From an uncultured Christensenella sp. (GTDB taxonomy: Bacteria > Bacillota > Clostridia > Christensenellales > UBA1242), in NCBI GenBank assembly GCA_949290565.1, contig CASESH010000018.1:1585-65584 (forward strand): a stretch of DNA of 64,000 nt, read 5' to 3'. The number at the start of each line of letters is the position of its first letter. The stretch's first letter is position 1. The position numbers and the translations under genes were made by a program. Below, piece after piece: positions 52,485-62,000 of this stretch. The notes under the pieces were generated by a model. That model was not told where the DNA came from and made no database searches. It was given only the letters and a program-made list of their open reading frames with translations.

Positions 52485-52900
52485 AAAGAAGTATATTTTG
52501 CTAAAAATAGAAAAGTTAAAATAAACTATCAAAAGAAAATAATTACTAAAATACAAAAACATAAAATAAATTCTTTCTCTAAAATTAAAAACAAATTTTT
52601 AAACAAATTCTTAATCTCTATTAAATTTATTTAAACACAACTTTTTAAAACAATTAAATGACTAAAACACCTATAAATGTAAACAATTATAATAAAAGCC
52701 AATTTGCAAAAACACAAATCGACTTTTTGTAACTTTCAAAACTTTAATATTAAGAACTTTATTATTAAAATACTTAAAAATTAAAATGATTAAATTAGAT
52801 TAACAATAACTCAAAATCATTATGTTAAATGTAATAAATAAATTTGTATATTATATAAAAAATAGATTTACAAAACACAAATAAATTTTATTATTTAAAA

Positions 52901-52992
52901 AGTTTTATTAAGTTTATTTAACTTTTGTTAAGTTTTGTTAAGTTTAATAAAGTTATATTAGGTTTTGTTAACTTTTGTTAAGTTTTGTTAAG
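52901..52992 (-). repeat. 10-bp tandem array C, ~9 units
   Basis: agttttgtta/acttttgtta units. Confidence 0.9.
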
Positions 52993-53016
52993 TATTTTAT
53001 TTTACAGGAGGTCAAA

Positions 53017-53808
53017 TTGAAAAAATTTTTACCAATCTTAATTGTCTTTTCGCTCATTTGCCTATTTATTGATACAAATTCGGTCAAGGCAAAATACACT
53101 AACTATGTTTATGCCAGAGTGCAAACAAGCGGAGTTTACTTATACAAATCGACCAATCCAACTCCCCAAAATTCATATTTTGAAATCCCGGCAACATATT
53201 TTGTATTACTCCTTTCCAACTATGACGCAAACTTTTACAAAGCACAATATAGAGATTATGTAGGCTATGTTCTTAAAAAAGAAGTAACGCCTGTTAACGA
53301 AACTCCACAAACTCCATTTTTAGAGACTCAAACATTTAGAGTTTACTCATCGGACGGAACAGGAATAAAATCAAGCCCGTTTGATAATGGAATAGTAATA
53401 GGTCAAGTAAAAGAACTAGAAGAAATAAACTATTATGGAAGCATAATAGGTCGAGAAGAAATAGACAAGCGAGGTAGTGTATGGGCATATGGCAAGACAT
53501 CAAATGGACAAGCAGGTTATTTTTATTGCGGTCTAATTGATGGACTAGAAAACATACCAATAAACACTGAAAGCACTACAATACTAGAAAATCCGTTTGA
53601 GGAAAATTCAAGCGACTACCTATACAACCTAGTTGATATAACTCCAATAGTAAAAATACTTATCATAGGACTAGTAACTATTCCGGCGATAGCAATATTA
53701 TGGCTAATATTTTTACCGAATACAAAACGACTTAAACCTAAGGGGATAAAAGTTAGTAAACCCCAAACTATTAAACAAATACAAGATTATAATGATGACT
53801 TATTATAA
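53017..53808 (+). CDS. Exported, C-terminally membrane-anchored protein with probable SH3b-like domains
   Basis: TTG at 53017 with RBS GGAGG; signal peptide (MKKFLPILIVFSLICLF...VKA); YKAQYRDYVGYV and WAYG...GQAGYFY are SH3-like; TM helix near C-terminus. Confidence 0.75.
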   Translation: MKKFLPILIVFSLICLFIDTNSVKAKYTNYVYARVQTSGVYLYKSTNPTPQNSYFEIPATYFVLLLSNYDANFYKAQYRDYVGYVLKKEVTPVNETPQTPFLETQTFRVYSSDGTGIKSSPFDNGIVIGQVKELEEINYYGSIIGREEIDKRGSVWAYGKTSNGQAGYFYCGLIDGLENIPINTESTTILENPFEENSSDYLYNLVDITPIVKILIIGLVTIPAIAILWLIFLPNTKRLKPKGIKVSKPQTIKQIQDYNDDLL

Positions 53809-53986
53809 TAAGATAAATCTTAGCCTTAAAAAATAATAAATTTTAGTAAATTTTACGGTTTTATATTAAGAAGTTTTTAATTAGAAATAAAATATATAAG
53901 TCAAATATAAAATTTATACTCTATATTAATTATTTATATTTATAAGTTGAATAAAAATAATTTATTAATTATCTAGGCTAAAAAAT

Positions 53987-54151
53987 ATTAAGTTTTATTA
54001 AGTTTTGTTAACTTTATTTAACTTTTGTTAAGTTTTTTTAACTTTTGTTAAGTTTTTTTAACTTTTGTTAAGTTTTGTTAAGTTTCGTTAAGTTTTGTTA
54101 ATTTTATTAAGTTTTGTTAAGTTTTGTTAAGTTTTGTTAAGTTTAATAAAC
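53987..54151 (-). repeat. 10-bp tandem array D, ~16 units
   Basis: agttttgtta/acttttgtta units with one 9-bp slip. Confidence 0.93.
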
Positions 54152-54828
54152 TTTTTTTAATAATTATTTTATAACTTTACTATAAATAGTTAAAGTAAAA
54201 ACAAATTAAGTAAAAGGAAACTAGCAAAATATAATTTCTTTTAATCATAATAATAAAGAATGTTAAAATTAAAAAATTCCAACAAACAAATAAAAACAAA
54301 ATAAATATTAACTAAAATATTTTTAGAAAACATATAAATTGTTTTATTTTTAGTACTAAAATAAGTAAGAATTAGCACTAAAAAAATCTAAATTACTTTA
54401 TACCCTTTTTTAAACTTATGATTGAATAATATAAAAGAAATTAAAGATAAAATAATTTCTTTGATATAAATTGAACAATTCCAAAACAATTTAGAAAAAC
54501 TACAAATAAATTTATAAGAATTAATGAAATCAACAATTTGTAAATTTTAAATACCAAATATAAATATATTAAAACAACCTAAACAAGCAACAAAATAAGA
54601 AAATAACTTATGAGAAATTAAAGTGTTGAGGATTAATTAATCAAAAGAAAGTAATAAAAAACAAATAAATAAAAATAAAAAACTAAAAAATTTGCTTAAT
54701 TAAGTATTAATAATAAAAATATAAAAAGTAATTTAAAAAGAAATAAAAGCAAGTGAACAAATCATTATAAAAACAAATTGATAAAAATTAATACTTATAA
54801 AAATAGTAATTCATAATAAAAAAATGAA

Positions 54829-55464
54829 TTAATTGAACTTTCTAAGTTTGTTAATAATAAGACCGCACAAATAATCTCTATCATTTTTGAGCAGTCTTCC
54901 CTCGCTGTCATCAACACAAGCCCTATTAACCCTCTGCAAAATGTCGCTAAGAAAATTATCGCTGAAAACCTTTTGAGAGTTAGAGCAATTAGAGAGATTT
55001 TTAGAAAGTACTCTTTGGAAACGTTCGAGAGCAATCATAAGTTTTCTAAAAAAGGTTCTACGGTCCATATTAAAGAGAGCCGGGCAACTGCTAGAAGGAA
55101 TATTGTCAACATACCTAGCCATTAAGAGTTGAACGTAGTCAGATTTAAGTTCGGCGAGAGATTTATCGACAATACATTTAAAATTAAGTAAGTTGATTTT
55201 TTGCTGTTCAAGAAGAATAATCCCATCTGCTAAATCATAAAGAGTAAGACTCGAAGGCAAAATCATAGAATTAGAAGCCCTTGAAAGAACAAGTTTATCA
55301 ATCGACTTAACCAAGTTAGGAACACAAGAATAAACCGAAAGAAAGGAACGACTCCAAGTTCTCAAAGCCTTCTTGTCAAAATTGTTAGGATTAAAATCAT
55401 TCATAAGGAATTGAGTTGAGTCAACAGCAAAATCATCACTTATATTTAAAAAATCAAATTTCAT
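54829..55464 (-). CDS. Putative RinA/ArpU-like transcriptional activator (sigma region 4-like HTH)
   Basis: RBS GGAGG; 'LAELKSDYVQLLMARYVD...LFNMDRRTFFRKLMIALERF' matches the phage late-activator HTH pattern. Confidence 0.6.
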   Translation of the reverse strand: MKFDFLNISDDFAVDSTQFLMNDFNPNNFDKKALRTWSRSFLSVYSCVPNLVKSIDKLVLSRASNSMILPSSLTLYDLADGIILLEQQKINLLNFKCIVDKSLAELKSDYVQLLMARYVDNIPSSSCPALFNMDRRTFFRKLMIALERFQRVLSKNLSNCSNSQKVFSDNFLSDILQRVNRACVDDSEGRLLKNDRDYLCGLIINKLRKFN

Positions 55465-56243
55465 TTAAACCTCCATATTAAAAGCGCTCCCTATTAATAT
55501 AATACCGTAAAGATGACAAGGCGTGTCCACTTAAAAAAAAGTGGATATTTTTCCCTGTCAATTAAATTCTCTCACATAAAAATGACAAAATCAATATTTA
55601 GTACACTTTTTTTTAAAAAAAATTTTTTTGGCAAAAAAACAAGCGCTCATAGAGTAATCATAAATTAAAAAAAGCAACAAATAAAAATGATTTTTTAAAA
55701 AAAAACTCACGAAAAAAAAATAGTGTAAAGAAAATGAAAGTTTTTGAAAGAATAAGAAAGATTTATAAAGATTATTATAAAAATAATTAACAAATATGTA
55801 GTTTTTTAAGAAAAAAATAAGAAATAATAAGAAAAAGTTTAAGTAATAAAATTTAAAAAAAGAAATTTATATTGTTAAGAAAATAAAAATTAAAAAATTA
55901 TATTGCTAAGAAAAAAATCATTAAAAAATATTTATTAAAAAAATGTTTTATAAACTATTGCAATTCCAACTGTATTAACTAAGAAACAAAAAATTAAAAA
56001 AGAACAAAACCAAAGTTGTAATTCTTCATATATAAAGGTTTTTACAACTTAATTTTTTCAAATTGTTTTCTAAAATTAATTTTATAAAAGTAAAAAAAAT
56101 AGTTATACAAACTTACTTCTAAGATTCAAAAAGTTTTAAATAGAGTAAAAATTTTTAGTTTAAAAGAGCAAGAATTAGTAATTTTAGTCTTTAACAAAAA
56201 AGTAAACAATTAAGTATTTAAAGTTAATATAAAGCCTAAAAAG

Positions 56244-56566
56244 TTATCCACAATAAAATGAAAACAAAAAAAGTGCTTATAATAAAGCACTTTAACATTA
56301 AATTAAGCAATGTTGTCCACAAAATCACATAATTTTAGCAATTTTTTCAAGAAAAAAGTAATAAAGAAAGTCATAAAAAGAAAAAAGTTGATTAAAAAGA
56401 AAAACTATAAAGAAACCAACAAAAAAGAATATCTACTAAAACTACTCTTTTAAAAAAAACTTAACTTAATAATAAATAAAACAAAAAAGAAAGAAATATA
56501 AAAGAAAGAAGTTGCAGTTTTTTAGCAAAAAATTGAATTCACAATAAATTAACAACTTTATCCACA
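56244..56566 (+). promoter_or_regulatory. DnaA-box cluster
   Basis: TTATCCACA at 56244-56252 and 56558-56566, TTGTCCACA at 56313-56321, all in the same orientation. Confidence 0.65.
56266..56293 (-). terminator. Probable terminator downstream of ssb
   Basis: aaaaaaagtgctt-ataata-aagcacttt hairpin. Confidence 0.55.
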
Positions 56567-56579
56567 AAGGAAAACGAGA

Positions 56580-57236
56580 TTAAGCGAGTTTATCTTGCTC
56601 GACATTTAAAGAATTGATATTATCATCAAGCATACAAATTTTGTTGATAGAAATTTCGTAAGCGACTCTTGTTTCTACGCAGTCGTCATCTAACTTTTTT
56701 TGGTACTCCCTACTTTGAATACGACCTATAATACTAACTTTTTGACCGACAACAAAATTTTTTAAATATCTAGCATTTCTACCCCAAGCGATAGCAGGTA
56801 AATAATCTGACTTATTGTAAGACCTATTTACAGCAATAAGAACATCACAAATTTCACGACCGAAAGGCGTAGTTCTAAAAACGGGCTCTTTGCAAATAAA
56901 GCCACTAATTTCGACAAGATTTGGGTTCATAGAATAGTCAATCTCGACAACACTTCTAACAAAAACATTGAGAATAAGTTTACTTTTTCCATCTACAAAC
57001 TTGTTGTAACTTCTAAACTGACCCTGAACGGCCACAAGATTACCCACGACAAAAGAGTTATCGAGCAACTTTTCGCTAATAATGACAGGAATAGTGTCAA
57101 AATTATTAGACAATCTTTCGATATTAATAAAAACCTCATAGAAGCCTTCGCCAAAAGATTCGTGGCTAAAAACGGGCGCAGAAGCAACAGTACCTCTTAA
57201 AAAAACTTTGTTATTTTCCATCAATTCGTAATTCAT
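56580..57236 (-). CDS. ssb: Single-stranded DNA-binding protein with two tandem OB folds (clostridial type)
   Basis: NNKVFLRG..FSHE..GEGFY..GQFRSYN and second OB fold RTTPFGREICD..AVNR..KSDYLPAIAWGRNA..GRIQSREYQK. Confidence 0.9.
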   Translation of the reverse strand: MNYELMENNKVFLRGTVASAPVFSHESFGEGFYEVFINIERLSNNFDTIPVIISEKLLDNSFVVGNLVAVQGQFRSYNKFVDGKSKLILNVFVRSVVEIDYSMNPNLVEISGFICKEPVFRTTPFGREICDVLIAVNRSYNKSDYLPAIAWGRNARYLKNFVVGQKVSIIGRIQSREYQKKLDDDCVETRVAYEISINKICMLDDNINSLNVEQDKLA

Positions 57237-57321
57237 TTTTTTCTCCCTTAAATTTAAAATAAAACGGACAAACGCCTAAACTTACAAACCCAACTAACAA
57301 GAAGATAAATAAACAAAAACC

Positions 57322-57406
57322 TTATAAAACAGTCTAAAACTTAATAAATCTTAATTAAACTTAATAAAATAGTCTAAAACTTATTAAAACTTAATAAAAG
57401 TTAAGT
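57322..57406 (+). repeat. 10-bp tandem array E, ~8 units
   Basis: taaaacttaa units interspersed with the tagtctaaaa variant. Confidence 0.8.
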
Positions 57407-57533
57407 AAAAATTTATTAAATTATTATATTTAATTAATCAAAATTAAAAAGTTCTAGCATAATAAAGTTAAAAAATAGATATAAGTCTTATTAAAAATTA
57501 GTTTAAAATACATTATAAACAAACAATTTAATA

Positions 57534-58331
57534 CTACTTAGCAATTTGTTTACCCGTATGGTCAATATAAAAATCAGATTTTAAAAGCAAATCGCTAATT
57601 TTAACAAATTCAAAGCCTCTACTTTTTAAAGTGGTAAGCACGCTAGGCAAATAGTCTAAAACATAATCAGCATTATTGTGGCACAAGATAATTGAACCCG
57701 AACCAACCTTAGTAATAATATTGCTAATAACTTTTTCAGACGAGATATTTTTCCAATCGCAAGAGTCAACATTCCATTGAACAGTTTGCAAATTAAGACT
57801 TTCAGCAGTAGAAATAACATTGTTGTTATAAGCGCCAAAAGGAGCACGGAATAAAGTAACAGGCTGATTAGTAATTCTTTGAATTTTTTCCATAGAAGTT
57901 TCAAGTTCTAGTTGAATTTGAGAAGTTGAGAGTTTAGTCAAATCAGGGTGAGTATTACTATGAGTACCAATTTCCATACCATAATTAAAAATAGTTCTAG
58001 TAAGTTCGGGGTATTTGTCAACCCAGATACCAACCAAGAAGAAAGTGGCCTTAACATCAAATTGTTCCAAAATTTTTAAGATGCCCTCAGTTTTATCGGC
58101 GCCCCAAGAAGCATCAAAAGAAATGGCAATTTGATTGCTAGAATTGTCAACACAGTAAACAGGAAGTTTTCTATTTGAGTTAGACAAAAATACACTAGCA
58201 AGAGGAGCCTCTCCACCGAGCGAAGAACAAAGAAGAATAAGTACCAAAGTTAGAAGAACAACTAACTTAATGGTCTTGCTAGAAAAACTTAAAAAAACTA
58301 TCTTACCCTGCCTTTTCATAATACACCCCAA
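57534..58331 (-). CDS. pdaB: Polysaccharide deacetylase, sporulation PdaB-like
   Basis: N-terminal TM; ISFDASWG, ATFFLVG.WV, HSNTHP, FRAPFG, QWNVDS.DW, ILCHN; adjacent to the two-OB ssb. Confidence 0.85.
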   Translation of the reverse strand: MGCIMKRQGKIVFLSFSSKTIKLVVLLTLVLILLCSSLGGEAPLASVFLSNSNRKLPVYCVDNSSNQIAISFDASWGADKTEGILKILEQFDVKATFFLVGIWVDKYPELTRTIFNYGMEIGTHSNTHPDLTKLSTSQIQLELETSMEKIQRITNQPVTLFRAPFGAYNNNVISTAESLNLQTVQWNVDSCDWKNISSEKVISNIITKVGSGSIILCHNNADYVLDYLPSVLTTLKSRGFEFVKISDLLLKSDFYIDHTGKQIAK

Positions 58332-58733
58332 GCGAATAAAAATTTTGACAACAAATGTAGCAAAAAGACTAAAAAACTGAGAAATAAAAATTAAAATAAA
58401 TAAATAATTTGTTTAAAAGAGATTAAAAATTAAGAATATCTTAAATCTTAAAATATTAAATTAAAACAAATCAAACAAGCATTAAAAAAACTAATAAATA
58501 TATGTAAAATTAAAAAAGAAAAAGAATTAAATAAAAAATTTTTTAGAATATTTTGCTAACATTTATTCAAAAAATTACAAGACAAATTTTTAAAAATAAG
58601 TCTTAATAAAAGATATTCAGTTATAATTAAAAAAATGAGTATGACAAGAAAATAAATATAAAATCAAATGTAAAAATATAAGTAAACTAATTAATTATAA
58701 ACTTAAATTAAACAATAATTAGATAAATAAAAA

Positions 58734-58767
58734 AGAAAAAAGATAGACAAAATTTCTATCTTTTTCT
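58734..58767 (-). terminator. Terminator downstream of the topoisomerase A-subunit gene
   Basis: agaaaaaagatag-acaaaattt-ctatctttttct inverted repeat. Confidence 0.55.
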
Positions 58768-58816
58768 AACATATTGCATAAAAATAAAATTAAATAACAC
58801 TAAAACTTGACTAGCA

Positions 58817-59010
58817 AAAACTTAATAAAACTTAATAAAAGTTAATAAAACTTAATAAAACATAAATAAACTTAATAAAACTTAAATAAACTTAATAAAA
58901 CATATTAAAACTTAACAAAATAGTCCAAAACTTAAATAAACTTAATAATTCTTAAAAAAAGTTAATAAAATAGTCTAAAACTTAATTAATCTTAATAAAA
59001 CTTAACAAAA
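58817..59010 (+). repeat. 10-bp tandem array F, ~19 units
   Basis: cttaataaaa/gttaataaaa/tagtc(c/t)aaaa units in 10-bp register. Confidence 0.93.
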
Positions 59011-59044
59011 AAACAATCACTAAACAAAAAAGCATTTAATAGAA

Positions 59045-62000
59045 CTAAATATCTGCGCTAATACCTACCTTACTGACAGGAATAGTCTTTTTAGTTTTAT
59101 CAAAAGGTTTTGCTTTGTCAGATTTAGAGCAAATTTTAATTAAATCAGTTGACCTTGAAAAGAAGTTAGAATTTTTATCAAACAAGCAAATTTCCTTAGG
59201 ATTAGTAACAAGACAAGAGAAAGCGAGTTTTTCGCCGGAGTGAAGTTTTATACCCTTTCTATACCTAGCACTAGGGTCAATCGAAGCGGTAATAACACGC
59301 TTACACAGTCCGTTTTGAGTAACGACAACAATTTCGCCCTCATTATTGACACAACTGTCAATACTTAAACAATAGTCGCCCTCAGCCAAATTAATACCCT
59401 TAACGCCACCAGCGACTCTACCTTGAACAGGAATATCATCAGTTTTAGCATTTAAGACCATACCTGAGGAAGTAACAAAAACAAGATTGTAATTAGTTAA
59501 GAGTTCAGACTCGACCTTAATAAGCCTATCATCATCTTTAAGTTTAATTGCTTGGTAAGCGTTTTTAAGTAAGTTATATTCAGATTTAGGAGTTTTCTTG
59601 ACCATACCGAACTTAGTATAGAACATTAAATTACCTTCTTGATTTTCTATGTCCTGATTGAAAATGGCAACAATATGCTCATCTTTTTCGAGTTCCTTAA
59701 ACAAATCAGTTTCAGCGACACCACGCCCTCTAAACTTACATTCACCAATTTGTGAGGCGTTAATCTTAAAGCAGTTACCAAGCGAAGTGAAGCAAAGCAA
59801 CTTAGAATTAGACAAACAATCAAACTTAATAACATTAATATCAGCCAAAGTAGAGTCCTCTTTAATATCTCTACTAGATTGGAAATAATTTTTTTCTTTG
59901 ATAAGTTTAAACGAGTTATCAAGAGCCTTTAAAATAATAATATTTTGAGGAACATTTATCTTTTTAAGGTCCTCATTAACGCTAATTTTAGCGCTTTCCT
60001 TAGCGAACTTAGTAAGTCTATCCTTTTTATATTTTTTTCTAATCTCAAAGAGTTCCTTTTTAACAACTTCAAATTGTTTTTTAGGAGAAGCCAAGACTTC
60101 TTTTAAATACTTAATGAGTTCGTGCAAAGATTTAAGTTCTTCCTCTAACTTATAGACTTCAAGACTAGTTAGTCTAGCAAGTCGCATATCCAAAATAGCC
60201 TGAGCCTGTCTATCTGAAAGTTTAAATTTATCGATAAGTCTAACCTTAGCCTCAGAGGAATTCTTACTTGTTTTAATAATTTTGACGACGGCGTCAATAT
60301 TTTTAATAGCGATGATAAGACCTTCTAAGATATGAGCCCTTTCCTCAGCCTGACTAAGTTCGAACTTAGACCTACGAACAATAATCTCTCTTTGGTATTG
60401 ACTATAATAAGAAATAATATCTAAAAGTCCCATTTGTTTAGGTTTTCCACCAGCGATAGCAACCATATTGATACCAAAGGTACACTGCAAATCGGTGTAT
60501 TTAAGAAGTGAATTATAAATTTTATTTACACTAGCATCCTTTTTCAAACGAATAACAGCACGCATACCTTGTCTATCAGATTCATCTCTAATTTCGGCGA
60601 TACCACCTAAATCGTATTTATCCTCCTCTTTAAGTTCGAGGATTTTTCTAAGGAGAGTAGATTTGTTAACGCCATAAGGGATTTCAGTAATTACAAAACT
60701 CTTTCTATCAGAACCCTCGCCTTCCAAGTGGATTTTAGCACGAATATAAATCTTACCCTTACCTGTCTTGTACGCCTGAACAAGTTCAGAAGAATCAAGA
60801 ATATAAGCGCCCGTAGGAAAATCCGGACCTTTAATAAACTTCATCATCTCGGCAAGAGAAATCTTAGGATTGTCAATGTAGGCAATAACCCCATCAATAA
60901 CTTCTGCTAGGTTATGAGGAGGAATATTAGTAGCAAGACCAACGGCAATACCCATAGAACCATTTACTAAAAGGTTAGGAAATCTACCCGGAAGACAAAC
61001 AGGTTCTTTTAAGGTATCATCAAAGTTGAGTTCCCACTTAACAGTATTTTTATCTAAATCTCTTAGCAACTCCATAGCCAAAGGCGAAAGTTTTACCTCA
61101 GTATATCTCATAGCAGCAGGAGGGTCTCCATCAATACTACCGAAGTTACCTTGGCCGGTAATAAGAACTTGACTACAACTAAATTCCTGAGCCATATTAA
61201 CAAGTGCTTGATAAACTGAACTATCTCCATGAGGATGATATTTACCTAAACAATCACCAACGATTCTAGCCGACTTTTTAAAAGGCGAATCAGGAGTAAC
61301 ACCAAGTTCTAGCATATCATAGAGGATTCTACGCTGAACAGGTTTAAGCCCGTCTTCTACACGAGGCAAAGCCCTATCGATGATAACGTGCTCAGAATAA
61401 GGAATCATAGACTCATGCAAAATAGTCTCAATATTTTTGTAAATAATACCATCAACTACCTCACTAGACCCACCATCGTAAAACAATCTCTCGTTGTCAA
61501 TCTTACCACTGACACCAAAAGCATTGCTACCAACGTTAAGGCTAACCTCCTCAAAATCACGATTTAAAAGGTCAACGCTCTTTTGCAACAACCTTTCATT
61601 TTTTATTTGTTCGCTATCCTTTTCATCTTGACCTTCAAAATTTGTTACACTTGAACTTGACAAACTCGAAGGTTTTTTACCCCTAAAACTTGGATTTTTT
61701 GTGCCATTTGTCACATTTTTATTACTATTGCTATTCTTATTTGTACTCAAATCTTCTCTTCCTTTTGTATCAAAATCAACTTTTTCTTCCTCAGAAGTTA
61801 TATCACTATCTTCATTTTGCAAATCTAAAAAACTATCTCCTTCCTCATTAGTTGTTTGAAAAAGATTATCTTCTTCTTGAATTGAATCAAATTGCTCATA
61901 GTTACTTTCTTGGAAAGAATTATCTAATTTACTTTCAAAATCTTGATTAGTGACCTCTGCTCGCTTTTTGTCTTGATTTGAATAATTATAGTCTTCACTT

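Larger units (their letters stand above)
42270..55464 (-). other. Domesticated podovirus-type DNA-packaging cluster; candidate gene transfer agent
   Basis: Activator, terL, terS-like, portal, scaffold, MCP, adaptor, nozzle-like and holin genes are intact. No integrase, repressor, replication or fibre genes are recognisable; flanks are host genes. Confidence 0.7.

Noticed and set aside
52975..53016. Track start of the 277-aa plus-strand ORF
   Set aside because: It begins inside repeat array C; TTG at 53017 has a GGAGG RBS and yields a clean signal peptide.
42270..55464. Complete inducible prophage or PICI/satellite
   Set aside because: No integrase, repressor, primase/replication genes or att repeats are recognisable, and the flanks are housekeeping genes. 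A recently truncated prophage cannot be fully excluded without comparative data.
55465..56579. oriC
   Set aside because: Only three good DnaA boxes, no adjacent dnaA/dnaN, and gene strand bias is unchanged across it; kept only as a DnaA-box cluster.
34621..59010. 10-bp arrays as CRISPR arrays or coding repeats
   Set aside because: There are no unique spacers, no cas genes, the unit is too short, and the 10-bp period puts TAA stops in all frames.
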